Positions 11,223-22,584 of a stretch of DNA of 64,000 nucleotides are shown here, one piece after another. A program made the translations under genes and the position numbers. Origin of the DNA: Escherichia coli (GTDB taxonomy: Bacteria; Pseudomonadota; Gammaproteobacteria; Enterobacterales; Enterobacteriaceae); NCBI RefSeq assembly GCF_002854065.1, contig NZ_CP024147.1. One strand, written 5' to 3'. Positions within the stretch are counted from its first letter, which is position 1. Every line of letters begins with the position of its first letter. The notes below the pieces were generated by a model that saw nothing but the letters and a program-made list of their open reading frames with translations, had not been told where the DNA came from and made no database searches.

Positions 11223-14200
11223 TCATGACTGATTAAAGCGAAACAGCGGTAACAGGAAACGTTGCGACTGTTCAACGATTGCCTCCATTGTCTCTGGTGT
11301 TAATTGCCGCCAGAGCCTTTGATACCAGATATCATCACCTTCGCCACGCACCATCATGTTGCCTTCGTAAGCCTGAAGGAATTTCGTACGGGCTTTTTGC
11401 AACGTGGAATCGTCATCCAGCATGGCATCGTTTTGCGCGTCATAACAGGTTTTTAGCCACGCGCCGCCACTTTCAGGTAACACCAGCAATGGCGCGGACA
11501 TCCCTTCACGATACCCCTCAATCAGTTGTGAGAGGTAATGCAAAGCCTGTTCGGCTGCAAGCGGCGGAAAACGCCACTCGCCGTCTTTGCGTAGAAAAAG
11601 GCGACTTTCACCATTACCACCGCTGGCACAGTAGACAAGGTGTTCCAGCCAAAGTTGCATTCCCTGCGCCACACTTAATAAAGAGGGACGCCAGCGCAAC
11701 AAGCCATCCGGCTGCACCTGCGGCAACCAGCCAGTTATCTGCACACCGTTGCAAGCGAGATCAATTTCCATACTCTGCCCCGGCTGGCGACAGGCAATGA
11801 CTCTGTCGGCAAGCTGCTGCATCTCCTGGCACTGTGTTTCCCAGAAAATTTCACCAAAAGCGCCATACGGTAAATCCCCTGCCGCCCGGAAGCGGCGGAA
11901 CAAGCGTTCGGCATCATCCTGCTCAACCAGTGCATTCAATAACTGCTGATTGATTTGATAACGGCTAAGTCCTTCCAGAATAAATGGCTCGGTGTCGGGG
12001 ATTTCGCTGTCTTCAGTACGGAAGTTCACCTGCAAACGCATCTGGAAGAACGCCCGCACCGGATGTGCCCAGAATCGTTGTAGCGTTTCCAGCGGCACGG
12101 TTTCCGGTAAGGTAAACGGCAGCGGCTGAACAAATTCAGAATGTGCTTTACCAGCCTGGCTGGCCGCAGGTAGCCATTCACGAGCATAGCTTTGTCGTTC
12201 GCCTGGCTGGTAGTTTTGCGGATCAAACGGCATCCGGGTATGGAGGCAAGTAAGATGCGCTTTTACCCTTGCCTCGCTTTCATCACAGTTGAGCGCTTCA
12301 TCGCCCGGTAGATAATGACTTTGCCCGATGTAGTCGATCAGTTCCTGCACCAGTACCGACGGGAAACGTTCACTGTTATCCTGAATGGAACGCCCGATAT
12401 AGCTGATATAGAGTTTTTGCTGCGCGGAAATTAACGCTTCCAGGAACAGGTAGCGGTCGTCATCGCGACGGCTACGGTCGCCACGCTTCGGTTTCTGGCT
12501 CATCAGGTCAAAGCCCAATGGCGCAAGCTGACGTGGATAAACGCCGTCGTTCATTCCCAGCAGGCAAACCACTTTGAACGGAATTGAACGCATTGGCATC
12601 AGAGTACAAATGTTAACCGGTCCGGCGAGAAAACGCTGGCTGATACGTTCTTGATCCAGACGCTGTGCCAGTTCATCACGCAATAGTGACAGCGGCACCG
12701 CGTCGCCATACTGCGCACCTAAACCTTCGGCGATAATCGCCTGCCATTGTTGTTCGATCAGCGTCATCGCCGCTTCGGTTTCCGCATCCGGCAGGAAGAA
12801 GGCGTTGAGCATATCGCGACAAACCGGCAACCACTCTTCCAGCGGACGCTCCTGTGCCAGCCCGCGACGCCAGATGTTTAGCTGCATTAGCAGTGAAGCC
12901 AGATGCCCCACCAGTTCTGCAATTAAGCCGCTCGATTCATCATAAGGTAGAACCGATTGCCACTCGCCCTGCGCGCTCTCCATCGCGTAGCCCAACAACA
13001 TACGCGTCAGGCCAAATCGCCAGGTGTGTTGTCCGGTGGCGGGGAGTTCCAGCTCGCGAACGTTGTCGTCATCTATGCCCCAACGAATGCCGGACTCGTT
13101 GGCCCACTGGCGTAAATAACGCAGCCCTTCTTCGGTGATGTCAAACCGCGCCGCCAGCACCGGCACATCCAGCAGCGCCAGCACATCCTCTGACACAAAG
13201 CGACTGTCAGGCAGTGATAACAGGCTGATAAACGCTTCCAGTACCGGATGTGACTGCCGCGCACGACGGTCGGAAATGGCGTAAGGCAGGTAACGATCCG
13301 CAGGTGCGCTACCAAACACTGCCTGAATAAACGGACTGTAGCTGTCGATGTCGGCCACCATCACGATGATGTCGCGCGGAGTAAGTGTCGGGTCTTCCTC
13401 CAGCATCGCCAGCAGGCGATCGTGCAAAACTTCAACTTCACGCTGCGGGCTATGGCAAACGTGGAAGGTGATACTGCTATCCAGTGGATCAAGCGGGCGT
13501 TTGTTATCGCTACGGGAAAAATCTTCGATGTTCACACCAGCAACGGCGCGGTTTTCCAGTTCCAGAATGTCAGACTGAATGTTATGCAGCAGGTTATCTG
13601 GCGTGACATCGACAAAGGCGTCCAGCTCCTGGCTGCTCTCCAGGTCAGAAAGGAGATAAATGTAGTCGCGCCCAAGCTTACCCCATGAAGCCAGCAGCGG
13701 GTTGCCGACATCCTGTTCACCATCGCTGTTAAAGAGCTGCCCGGCATTTTCGCTATCGCGAAATAGCGGCAATTCGCGATCTTCAAAACTGTGTCGACGC
13801 TGACGGGTCAGCAGTTTCGCCAGATAAGCAGGATCTTTAATATCGCCCCAGTAATAACGGCAGGGGTTGGTAAACAGGAGATGGATTTCAATATGTTTAC
13901 CCAGCGCCTGGAGCGCCTGGAGATAAACAGGCGGTAACGCGGAAATACCGCATATAAAGACGCGCGAAGGTAACCCCGGCGGGCAGGTCGTCGCGGACTC
14001 CAGCGTTTCGATAAAGCGCTGATAGAGATTGGCGCGGTGCCAGCGCGGTTGTCCGAGTTCATGTGTATATTCCACCAGCGCCTTCCACAACGGCGCTTGC
14101 CAGGCCTGTGCCTCTCCCAGCCCTTCAACCAAATGTCCTGTTTCCCACTGTGCCAGCCAGTCCGGACGATAGACCAGATACTGGTCAAACAGGTCCGCCG

Positions 14201-14591
14201 CTTTTGAAGAAAGCTGAAACAGTTTTCGCTTGTCGCTATCGTCAGTCAGATAATGCCGCAACAGGGTAAAGTCTTCGCGATCCAGCAATTGCGGCAGCAG
14301 AGTCATCAGTTTCCAGCTCATGCTCTGTTTGTTAAAGGCGCTCTCTTTGGGGATCTCCGGTAACACCCGGACGAACATATCCCAGATAAAGCTCGCAGGC
14401 AGCGGAAAATCAATGTTTGCCGCAATACCAAACTTTTGCGACAGAGTCATTTGCAGCCACTGTGCCATACCGGTACTTTGCACCAGAATCATCTCTGGTT
14501 CGAAAGGATCGTCCAGCCGTTCGCGTTCGACAATAAACTCCATCAACGCTTCCAGCACGTCCAGACGATTGGAATGGTAGACCCTTAACAT
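11223..14591 (-). CDS. recC: Exodeoxyribonuclease V gamma subunit RecC
   Basis: 1122-aa ORF starting MLRVYHSNRLDVLEALMEF; position between ptrA and the ppd genes. Confidence 0.95.
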   Translation of the reverse strand: MLRVYHSNRLDVLEALMEFIVERERLDDPFEPEMILVQSTGMAQWLQMTLSQKFGIAANIDFPLPASFIWDMFVRVLPEIPKESAFNKQSMSWKLMTLLPQLLDREDFTLLRHYLTDDSDKRKLFQLSSKAADLFDQYLVYRPDWLAQWETGHLVEGLGEAQAWQAPLWKALVEYTHELGQPRWHRANLYQRFIETLESATTCPPGLPSRVFICGISALPPVYLQALQALGKHIEIHLLFTNPCRYYWGDIKDPAYLAKLLTRQRRHSFEDRELPLFRDSENAGQLFNSDGEQDVGNPLLASWGKLGRDYIYLLSDLESSQELDAFVDVTPDNLLHNIQSDILELENRAVAGVNIEDFSRSDNKRPLDPLDSSITFHVCHSPQREVEVLHDRLLAMLEEDPTLTPRDIIVMVADIDSYSPFIQAVFGSAPADRYLPYAISDRRARQSHPVLEAFISLLSLPDSRFVSEDVLALLDVPVLAARFDITEEGLRYLRQWANESGIRWGIDDDNVRELELPATGQHTWRFGLTRMLLGYAMESAQGEWQSVLPYDESSGLIAELVGHLASLLMQLNIWRRGLAQERPLEEWLPVCRDMLNAFFLPDAETEAAMTLIEQQWQAIIAEGLGAQYGDAVPLSLLRDELAQRLDQERISQRFLAGPVNICTLMPMRSIPFKVVCLLGMNDGVYPRQLAPLGFDLMSQKPKRGDRSRRDDDRYLFLEALISAQQKLYISYIGRSIQDNSERFPSVLVQELIDYIGQSHYLPGDEALNCDESEARVKAHLTCLHTRMPFDPQNYQPGERQSYAREWLPAASQAGKAHSEFVQPLPFTLPETVPLETLQRFWAHPVRAFFQMRLQVNFRTEDSEIPDTEPFILEGLSRYQINQQLLNALVEQDDAERLFRRFRAAGDLPYGAFGEIFWETQCQEMQQLADRVIACRQPGQSMEIDLACNGVQITGWLPQVQPDGLLRWRPSLLSVAQGMQLWLEHLVYCASGGNGESRLFLRKDGEWRFPPLAAEQALHYLSQLIEGYREGMSAPLLVLPESGGAWLKTCYDAQNDAMLDDDSTLQKARTKFLQAYEGNMMVRGEGDDIWYQRLWRQLTPETMEAIVEQSQRFLLPLFRFNQS

Positions 14592-14603
14592 AGCGGCTCC
14601 TGA

Positions 14604-14927
14604 CTACTGACGATTCGGGCAATGCAGGCGAGTCATCTCGCCTTCTCTGCCCCCGGGTGAAACTAGCGTAACGCTGATGCTGACACATCCCGCCTGCGAT
14701 GTCTGCATTCGGTTGACCTGCCAGTTGGCAGGTGGCGAAATCGCGCGCAGTTGCGTTTGCTGCCAACCATGCCGCCAGAGCTGTTGGTACTGGTTTCTGC
14801 TGGCAAGACTGTTCATTAATGTTCGCTGGAAACCCGATAACGCAGTGACAATCACCACCATCAACACCATCGCCAACATTACCTCCGGCAGGCTAAAGCC
14901 TTGTTGATTCTTCAGGGAAGCTGACAT
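14604..14927 (-). CDS. ppdC: Prepilin-type (type IV pilin-like) protein PpdC
   Basis: Internal ATG at 14927 preceded by AAGAGGG Shine-Dalgarno; product [25 protein letters not shown] has a prepilin leader and G|FSLPE cleavage/methylation motif; 107 aa. Confidence 0.85.
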   Translation of the reverse strand: MSASLKNQQGFSLPEVMLAMVLMVVIVTALSGFQRTLMNSLASRNQYQQLWRHGWQQTQLRAISPPANWQVNRMQTSQAGCVSISVTLVSPGGREGEMTRLHCPNRQ

Positions 14928-15320
14928 AACGCCGCCCTCTTTCAGCGGACAAAAATCGCTCCAGCCGCATGGCGAAAAAACGATGTTTCCATTGATGACT
15001 TCGCCTGTTCGCCACAACGAAACGCCTTCATAACCGGCAATCAATAAGGCTTCATTATCTGCCAGTAAACGCAAACAAACCCGGGCATCGGTTCCAGCGT
15101 ACTGCGAGCACTGAACTGCTGGCTGCGTCTGCCAGGAGTGCATTTTTCCCCACGCCAGCGCCGACTGAACGATGGCCTGGCGGCGCAATGACTGACTTTC
15201 CATGCTCACGCGAGAGGCAAAACTGCGATCCTGTTGGCTCATTCCTTGTAATAGCAAGCTACCCAAAACCAGCAGCATCAGGACCAGAGCCAGTGACGAA
15301 ACACCCTTTTCGCGGTTCAC
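14928..15320 (-). CDS. ygdB: Putative pseudopilin-operon protein YgdB; here in one continuous frame with ppdC
   Basis: GTG at 15320 overlaps the ppdB TGA (GTGA); product starts [24 protein letters not shown] (hydrophobic N-terminus). No stop codon separates it from the ppdC start in this sequence, so the 3' boundary is uncertain. Confidence 0.55.
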
Positions 15321-15880
15321 AGGTTGAATCCTGTCACGCTATAGCTGGCATTCACCACGGTTTGCGGTTCAGACTTACTGGCAGCACGCATATTAACCGT
15401 CAACACCGGCGAGAAGCCGCTGACATCCTGACGTACGACCTGAAAAGTGTCGATAATGATGGCATCCGGATTAGTGACTTTATCCCAGCCCTTACCTTCA
15501 CAGGATGTCGCACCGCGTAGCGTTTCCAGCACATGCTCCTTCAGACGAAATCCAATCTGGTCGGACTCTTTTACCGGTTCGCGATCCCAGATACCGTTAC
15601 TGTTCGCATCCCACTGCACAATGATACAGTCACCCTGTCCGACAATTTCCAGCCCTTCGCCGGTACAGCTGCCATGACAATAACCCGCCCTCTGGAGATG
15701 CTTCGCGACGGTAAATACCCGCAGCCAGATTTCATCTTCCAGCGCCAGCTTACGGGTGCCCGTTAAACTTTCACGCTGTAACGCAGGCAGAAAGCGTGCC
15801 GCTCCCAGCAACAATACGCTACTGATCGCCATAGCAATCAACACTTCCAGCAGAGAAAAACCTTGCTCTTTTACAGGCAT
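15317..15880 (-). CDS. ppdB: Prepilin-type protein PpdB
   Basis: Internal start [27 protein letters not shown] (prepilin N-terminal motif) inside ORF 15317..16120; 187 aa. Confidence 0.85.
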   Translation of the reverse strand: MPVKEQGFSLLEVLIAMAISSVLLLGAARFLPALQRESLTGTRKLALEDEIWLRVFTVAKHLQRAGYCHGSCTGEGLEIVGQGDCIIVQWDANSNGIWDREPVKESDQIGFRLKEHVLETLRGATSCEGKGWDKVTNPDAIIIDTFQVVRQDVSGFSPVLTVNMRAASKSEPQTVVNASYSVTGFNL

Positions 15881-16341
15881 CCTTCTGTTTCTCCTTGCTG
15901 ACAAAGCCGGAGTCTTCCCCACGGCGAAACCACCAGCCACCACTCGCCCGTTGAGTTTTTGAAGCGAATATGCCCGGCCCATGCGGTATTGCGCAGGCCA
16001 AAGAAAGCAAGCGAAGGTGTCAGGTCGCTCATTTCGACTTCGGGCCAGCGTGGCACAAAGACCAATGGTGAACTGCCATGACAGGTATTCGCCCCAGCAA
16101 CGGAACTCACAAGGCACCATAACGTCCCCTCCCTGATAACACTGATACTGTGGTCGCGGTTATGCCAGTTGGCATCTTCACGTAAATAGAGCAAATAGTC
16201 CCGCGCCTGGCTGGCGGTTTGCCATAGCCGTTGCGACTGCTGCCAGTATTGCCAGCCATAGAGTCCACTTGCACTTAGCATGACCAAAATCAGCATCGCG
16301 ACCAGCGTTTCAATCAGCGTATAACCACGTTGTGTTTTCAT
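15871..16341 (-). CDS. ppdA: Prepilin-type protein PpdA
   Basis: Internal start [26 protein letters not shown] (prepilin motif G|YTLIE) inside ORF 15871..16359; 156 aa; overlaps ppdB start by 10 nt. Confidence 0.85.
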   Translation of the reverse strand: MKTQRGYTLIETLVAMLILVMLSASGLYGWQYWQQSQRLWQTASQARDYLLYLREDANWHNRDHSISVIREGTLWCLVSSVAGANTCHGSSPLVFVPRWPEVEMSDLTPSLAFFGLRNTAWAGHIRFKNSTGEWWLVVSPWGRLRLCQQGETEGCL

Positions 16342-16525
16342 GCCGGCAGTATGGAGCAAGGAGAAAAAAAGACGAGGGCCAGTTTCTATTTCTTCGGCGC
16401 ATCTTCCGGACTATTTACGCCGTTGCAGGACGTTGCAAAATTTCGGGAAGGTGTCTCGAAGAATTTAATGGAGGGTAAAAAAAACCGACGCACACTGGCG
16501 TCGGCTCTGGCAGGATGTTTCGTAA

Positions 16526-17320
16526 TTAGATAGCCACCGGCGCTTTAATGCCCGGATGTGGATCGTAGCCTTCAATCTCAAAATCTTCGAAACGGTAGTC
16601 GAAGATGGATTCGGGTTTACGTTTGATAATCAACTTCGGCAGCGGACGCGGTTCGCGGCTTAATTGCAGATGAGTTTGATCCATATGATTGCTGTACAGG
16701 TGCGTGTCGCCCCCCGTCCAGACAAAATCGCCCACTTCCAGATCGCACTGCTGCGCCATCATATGCACCAGTAACGCGTAGCTGGCAATGTTAAACGGCA
16801 GGCCGAGGAAGACGTCACAGGAGCGCTGATAAAGCTGACAAGAGAGTTTGCCGTCTGCCACATAGAACTGGAAGAATGCATGGCACGGTGCCAGCGCCAT
16901 TTTATCCAGTTCGCCTACGTTCCACGCTGAAACAATAATGCGGCGCGAATCCGGGTCGTTTTTCAGCTGGTTCAGTACCGTAGTGATCTGGTCAATATGA
17001 CGACCATCCGGCGTTGGCCAGGCGCGCCACTGTTTACCATACACTGGCCCGAGGTCGCCGTTTTCATCGGCCCATTCGTCCCAGATGGTGACATTGTTTT
17101 CGTGTAGATAAGCAATGTTAGTGTCGCCCTGCAAAAACCACAGCAGTTCATGGATGATGGAACGCAGGTGGCAACGTTTAGTTGTCACCAGCGGGAATCC
17201 ATCCTGCAGGTTAAAACGCATCTGATGACCAAAAATGGAAAGCGTTCCGGTTCCGGTACGGTCGTTTTTCTGTGTGCCTTCGTCGAGCACTTTTTGCATC
17301 AGTTCTAAATACTGTTTCAT
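16526..17320 (-). CDS. thyA: Thymidylate synthase
   Basis: 264-aa ORF starting [63 protein letters not shown]. Confidence 0.96.
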
Positions 17321-17326
17321 GGTTCC

Positions 17327-18202
17327 TCAGGAAACGTGTTGCTGTGGGCTGCGACGATATGCCCAGACCATCATGATCACACCCGCGACAATCATCGGGA
17401 TGGAAAGAATTTGCCCCATGCTGATGTACTGCACCCAGGCACCGGTAAACTGCGCGTCGGGCTGGCGGAAAAACTCAACAATGATGCGAAACGCGCCGTA
17501 GCCAATCAGGAACAAGCCTGAGACAGCTCCCATTGGGCGCGGTTTACGAATATACAGGTTGAGGATAATAAACAGCACCACACCTTCCAGCAGCAGCTCG
17601 TAAAGCTGTGATGGGTGGCGCGGCAGCACACCGTAAGTGTCGAAAATGGATTGCCACTGCGGGTTGGTTTGCAGCAGCAAAATATCTTCTGTACGGGAGC
17701 CAGGGAACAGCATGGCAAACGGGAAGTTCGGGTCAACGCGGCCCCACAATTCACCGTTAATAAAGTTGCCCAGACGCCCGGCACCAAGACCAAACGGAAT
17801 GAGCGGTGCGATAAAATCAGAGACCTGGAAGAAGGAACGTTTAGTACGGCGGGCGAAGATAATCATCACCACGATAACGCCAATCAGGCCGCCGTGGAAG
17901 GACATGCCGCCGTCCCAGACACGGAACAGATACAGCGGATCGGCCATAAACTGCGGGAAATTGTAGAACAGAACATAACCAATACGTCCCCCGAGGAAGA
18001 CGCCGAGGAAGCCCGCATAGAGTAAGTTTTCAACTTCATTTTTGGTCCAGCCGCTGCCCGGACGATTCGCCCGACGTGTTGCCAGCCACATTGCAAAAAT
18101 GAAACCCACCAGATACATCAGGCCGTACCAGTGAAGCGCCACGGGTCCTATTGAGAAAATGACCGGATCAAACTCCGGAAAATGCAGATAGCTACTGGTC
18201 AT
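17327..18202 (-). CDS. lgt: Prolipoprotein diacylglyceryl transferase
   Basis: 291-aa polytopic membrane ORF starting [34 protein letters not shown]; 6 nt upstream of thyA. Confidence 0.96.
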
Positions 18203-18352
18203 CTGTCACCACAAGTTCTTGTTATTTCGCTGAAAGAGAACAGCGATTGAAATGCGCGCCGCAGGTTTCAGGCGCTCCAAAGGTGCGAATAATAGCACAA
18301 GGGGACCTGGCTGGTTGCCGGATACCGTTAAAAGATATGTATATGATCCGCG

Positions 18353-20599
18353 CTATAACCCTCCGCGAATCAGCCCGCCCATGCCGCGACGCTCCATAAA
18401 GGCTGCAACCTGATGGCGAACTTCGGTCGCCAGTTGCGCTTCCAGACTACGCTGCGCAAGATTTTCTGCTTCGGCAAAATCAATGCGCCGCAGCAGGTAT
18501 TTTACGCGCGCTACAGAACGTCCGTTCATAGACAGATGGCGATACCCAAGCCCAATGAGGATTGCCACGCACATGGGATCGCCCGCCATTTCACCGCACA
18601 AACGGAGATCGATTCCATGTATTTCCGCTTCCCGGGCGATCATCGCCAGAGCTCGTAACATTGCAGGATGAAGACTGTCATAAATGTTCGCCACCCGGGT
18701 ATTGTTACGATCAACGGCCAGGATGTATTGAGTCAGATCGTTGGTGCCAACAGAGATAAAATCGACCCGCTTTGCCAGATGCGGCAGCATAAATACCATT
18801 GACGGTACTTCCAGCATGATGCCGATACGTGGTTTGGGAATTTCGTAACCGATCATCTCCTCGACTTCACGTCCGGCACGTTCAATCAGGCGGCGAGCTT
18901 CGTCAACTTCATCGAGGCTTGTGACCATCGGCAACAGAATATTCAGGTTGCCCGTAGCGGCGTTAGCACGCAGCATCGCCCGCACCTGGATCAAGAAGAT
19001 CTCCGGCTGATCGAGCGTAATGCGAATCCCACGCCAACCCAGGCATGGATTCTCTTCGCTGATCGGCATGTAAGGCAGCTGCTTATCTGCTCCGACATCC
19101 AGCGTACGCAAGGTGACGGGTTTATCATTGAACATTTGCAGCATCCCCTGATACTGCGCCACCTGTTCTTCTTCCGACGGAAAACCACTTTGCAGCATGA
19201 ATGGGATTTCAGTGCGATAAAGACCGATGCCATCAATACGGCTGCCCAGTTTTTCTTCATGTTCCGGGCTTAAACCAGCATTGAGCATGACTTTTATACG
19301 CTCACCGCTTTTTAACTGCGCGGGTAAATTGACGTCATCTTCCGCCAGACGGCTAAGCTCAATCTCTTCACTAATTAGCCGCTGATATTCTTGCAGCAGT
19401 ACCGGCTCCGGATCGACCAGCAATTCACCGCGATAGCCATCAACGATCAGCGTCCTACGATGCAGCACCGAAGGCTGAATATCCGCGCCCATCACGGTAG
19501 GGATCCCCAGCGCACGTACCATGATCGCAGCATGGGAGTTGGCTGCGCCATCTCGCACGACAACACCGACTAAGCGATCCTGGGGCAGCTCAGCAAGAGT
19601 TGTCGCTGACAGTTCATCTGCCACCAGAATGAAACGTTCCGGCCAGGCGTTCGGCCCTTGATTAGCGTCATCAAGATGAAACAGCAATCGCTGACCCAGC
19701 GCACGTAAATCGCCAGCCCGCTCTTTGAGATAGTTATCGCTTAGCGCGGCAAACTGTTCGGCAAATTTTTCAATGACCGTTTTTACCGCCCACTCTGCCA
19801 CCGAGCCTTTATCAACCTCGGCAAACAATTCGCGACGCAGCCGGGTGTCCGAAAGCAGGTGCGAGTAAAGATCGAAAATAGCCGCCGTTTCTTTTTGTGC
19901 ACCGGCGGCAAAGCGTTTGCTGTAGCGGCGAAACTCGTTTGCCGCTTCTTCCAGCGCCCCGGTCAGTCGTTCGCGTTCCAGAGCCGGATCCAGCGTTGAT
20001 GCCTGATACACCTGTTCCATTAAAGGTAACGTGGCATCCTGCCAGCCTTCGGCAATCGCCACACCAGGTGCTGCCGGTAATGCGCGGATTCGCGTCTGGC
20101 GATATTGCCCAAACAAGGCAGTCAACTGCGACTGAGAAAGAATCGCTGCCATCTGGGTGGCAAGCGTCACCAGGAAGGATTCTTCACTTTCGTCATACTG
20201 GCGCAACTCTCGTTGCTGTACCACCAGTACACCAAGCAACTGGCGACGTTGAATAATTGGTACGCCTAAAAACGCGCGGAAACGTTCTTCTTTTACGGAG
20301 GGGATGTATTTGAAGCTGGGGTGCTTTTGCGCATCTGCAAGGTTTATCGGTTCCGCCAGCCTGCCAACCAGGCCGACGATCCCTTCATCAAACGCGAGCG
20401 TTACAGTGCGACCGCGTGGTTTTTTCAGCCCCCGGGTCGCCATCAGGTAGTAACAACGTCGATCATGATCGGCCAGGTAGACCGAACAGACCTCGGTATC
20501 CATCGCAAGACAGATGTCGGTAACCAGAATATTTAACGCCTCATTCAGGCGTGGTGCGCTGGCTACCTTTTCGACTATTTCGCGCAGGCGAGTGAGCAT
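18353..20599 (-). CDS. ptsP: PEP-protein phosphotransferase enzyme I-Ntr (GAF domain plus EI domain)
   Basis: 748-aa ORF starting MLTRLREIVEKVASAPRLNEALNILVTDICLAM. Confidence 0.95.
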   Translation of the reverse strand: MLTRLREIVEKVASAPRLNEALNILVTDICLAMDTEVCSVYLADHDRRCYYLMATRGLKKPRGRTVTLAFDEGIVGLVGRLAEPINLADAQKHPSFKYIPSVKEERFRAFLGVPIIQRRQLLGVLVVQQRELRQYDESEESFLVTLATQMAAILSQSQLTALFGQYRQTRIRALPAAPGVAIAEGWQDATLPLMEQVYQASTLDPALERERLTGALEEAANEFRRYSKRFAAGAQKETAAIFDLYSHLLSDTRLRRELFAEVDKGSVAEWAVKTVIEKFAEQFAALSDNYLKERAGDLRALGQRLLFHLDDANQGPNAWPERFILVADELSATTLAELPQDRLVGVVVRDGAANSHAAIMVRALGIPTVMGADIQPSVLHRRTLIVDGYRGELLVDPEPVLLQEYQRLISEEIELSRLAEDDVNLPAQLKSGERIKVMLNAGLSPEHEEKLGSRIDGIGLYRTEIPFMLQSGFPSEEEQVAQYQGMLQMFNDKPVTLRTLDVGADKQLPYMPISEENPCLGWRGIRITLDQPEIFLIQVRAMLRANAATGNLNILLPMVTSLDEVDEARRLIERAGREVEEMIGYEIPKPRIGIMLEVPSMVFMLPHLAKRVDFISVGTNDLTQYILAVDRNNTRVANIYDSLHPAMLRALAMIAREAEIHGIDLRLCGEMAGDPMCVAILIGLGYRHLSMNGRSVARVKYLLRRIDFAEAENLAQRSLEAQLATEVRHQVAAFMERRGMGGLIRGGL

Positions 20600-20611
20600 A
20601 ATTGGCGTGAC

Positions 20612-21142
20612 TTAACCTCTTTTACGTCGATAAGCAGATGCGTTTTGTGGTTTTGGCGTATTTTCCTGCAGTGACATCACCACACTCGCGAACTCTTTCA
20701 TTACCCTACGGTAGACATCACGTTTAAATGACACCACCTGTCTGACCGGATACCAGTAACTTACCCATCGCCAGCCGTCAAACTCTGGTGTACTGCTGGT
20801 TTGCATATTGATTTCTGCATCGCCGCTCACCAGCTGCAAGAGAAACCATTTTTGTTTTTGGCCGATACAAACCGGCTTCGTGTCCCAACGCACCAAACGT
20901 TTCGGTAATTTGTAGCGCAACCAGTTACGCGTTGAAGCAAGGATTCGAACGTCTTTGCGGCTTAATCCTACTTCTTCAAACAATTCACGGTACATCGCCT
21001 GCTCTGCGGATTCTCCGGGGTTAATTCCGCCTTGCGGAAATTGCCAGGAGTGCTGACCAAATCGCCGGGCCCACATTACCTGCCCCTGGCGATTACAAAT
21101 CACGATACCTACGTTTGGGCGGTAGCCATCGTCATCAATCAC
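20612..21142 (-). CDS. rppH: RNA pyrophosphohydrolase (Nudix)
   Basis: 176-aa ORF starting [60 protein letters not shown] (Nudix box); 12 nt upstream of ptsP. Confidence 0.95.
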
Positions 21143-21299
21143 CGGACTACCTCAATATAAAGCTTTATATACGAATGATTGTTTCATACTCCAGGAAGAC
21201 GGTAAACCACTCTCTGCAGGGCATTACACACTAATAACAATTGAATAACTCACAGTTATGTGCAGAGTTATAAACAGAGGAAGGGGTGGATAGCCGTTT

Positions 21300-21650
21300 T
21301 TATTCACCTTTTCTGTGGATAGAGTTGTGAAGAACTACGGAATTACTACGGGAAAACCCGGAGCATTCTGAATAAGCCCGATATAGACATTTTAAAATAT
21401 TCATTATCAGTCAATGCATTACATGTAATTTAAGTAATAAAAAAGAGTAATTCGTGACCCAGGTCACACCTCTCATTTACGGGTTGGCGAAAGATCAACC
21501 AATGCGGTATTTATCCACAGAATGTGCCACTAAGTTAAGCACTGAACCACTAAAAACTGGAGTTTCGTCGCACGTCAAGGCTGTAAATGGAAACAGTAGT
21601 GGAGGTTTTTCACAGTTATCCCAGCTTTCTGTGGATAACATAGTGTAAGA
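21300..21650. promoter_or_regulatory. DnaA-box cluster consistent with DARS2 (DnaA-reactivating sequence 2)
   Basis: Perfect TTATCCACA at 21511..21519, perfect TGTGGATAA at 21630..21638, 8/9 match TGTGGATAG at 21314..21322, in the 684-bp rppH–mutH gap where DARS2 is known to lie. Confidence 0.6.
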
Positions 21651-21826
21651 TCCTGTTTATTTTCAGTGACCAGATTTGGAAAACCCGTTGCAGTGTTGCG
21701 CAACTCGATTACCGGCAACCTAAAAAGCAATATAAATCAGAGAATTGAACAACGCATGTGGAAAAAGTTACACTGCGAATATTCGGCACATAATTGCTGT
21801 TTGTTTTTTAACCAAGGTATCATGAC

Positions 21827-22516
21827 ATGTCCCAACCTCGCCCACTGCTCTCTCCTCCCGAAACTGAAGAACAGTTGTTAGCGCAAGCACAGCAACTTTC
21901 TGGTTATACATTGGGAGAACTGGCGGCACTTGCCGGGCTGGTTACGCCAGAGAATTTAAAACGCGATAAGGGCTGGATTGGCGTGTTACTGGAGATCTGG
22001 CTAGGTGCCAGCGCAGGGAGTAAACCTGAGCAAGATTTTGCTGCTCTGGGCGTGGAACTTAAAACTATCCCTGTGGATAGTCTTGGTCGTCCGCTGGAAA
22101 CAACATTCGTTTGTGTTGCCCCGTTAACGGGCAATAGCGGGGTGACCTGGGAAACCAGCCACGTGCGCCACAAACTCAAACGCGTACTGTGGATACCGGT
22201 TGAAGGCGAGCGCAGCATCCCGCTGGCGCAGCGTCGCGTTGGATCACCGTTGCTGTGGAGCCCGAATGAAGAGGAAGACCGGCAGCTACGCGAAGACTGG
22301 GAAGAATTAATGGATATGATTGTTCTCGGTCAGGTTGAGCGGATTACCGCTCGTCACGGGGAGTATTTACAGATACGACCGAAAGCAGCGAATGCGAAAG
22401 CGCTTACCGAAGCCATTGGTGCCCGGGGCGAACGGATTCTGACGCTGCCGCGCGGCTTTTATTTGAAGAAAAATTTCACCAGTGCGCTGCTGGCCCGTCA
22501 TTTTCTGATCCAGTAG
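21827..22516 (+). CDS. mutH: DNA mismatch repair endonuclease MutH
   Basis: 229-aa ORF starting [37 protein letters not shown]. Confidence 0.95.
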
Positions 22517-22584
22517 CCATCGCTTTGACCTGCCGCTTTCCGGGCATATAATTACCGCTTCATTTTTTTGGCAGGGCTTTTTAG

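Noticed and set aside
16330-16533. 67-aa plus-strand ORF between ppdA and thyA
   Set aside because: Spans the ppdA start and the thyA terminator region with no ribosome-binding site; likely chance.
21454-21881. Two plus-strand ORFs (64 and 71 aa) between rppH and mutH
   Set aside because: They overlap the DnaA-box cluster of DARS2 and have no convincing ribosome-binding sites or recognisable domains; treated as non-coding.
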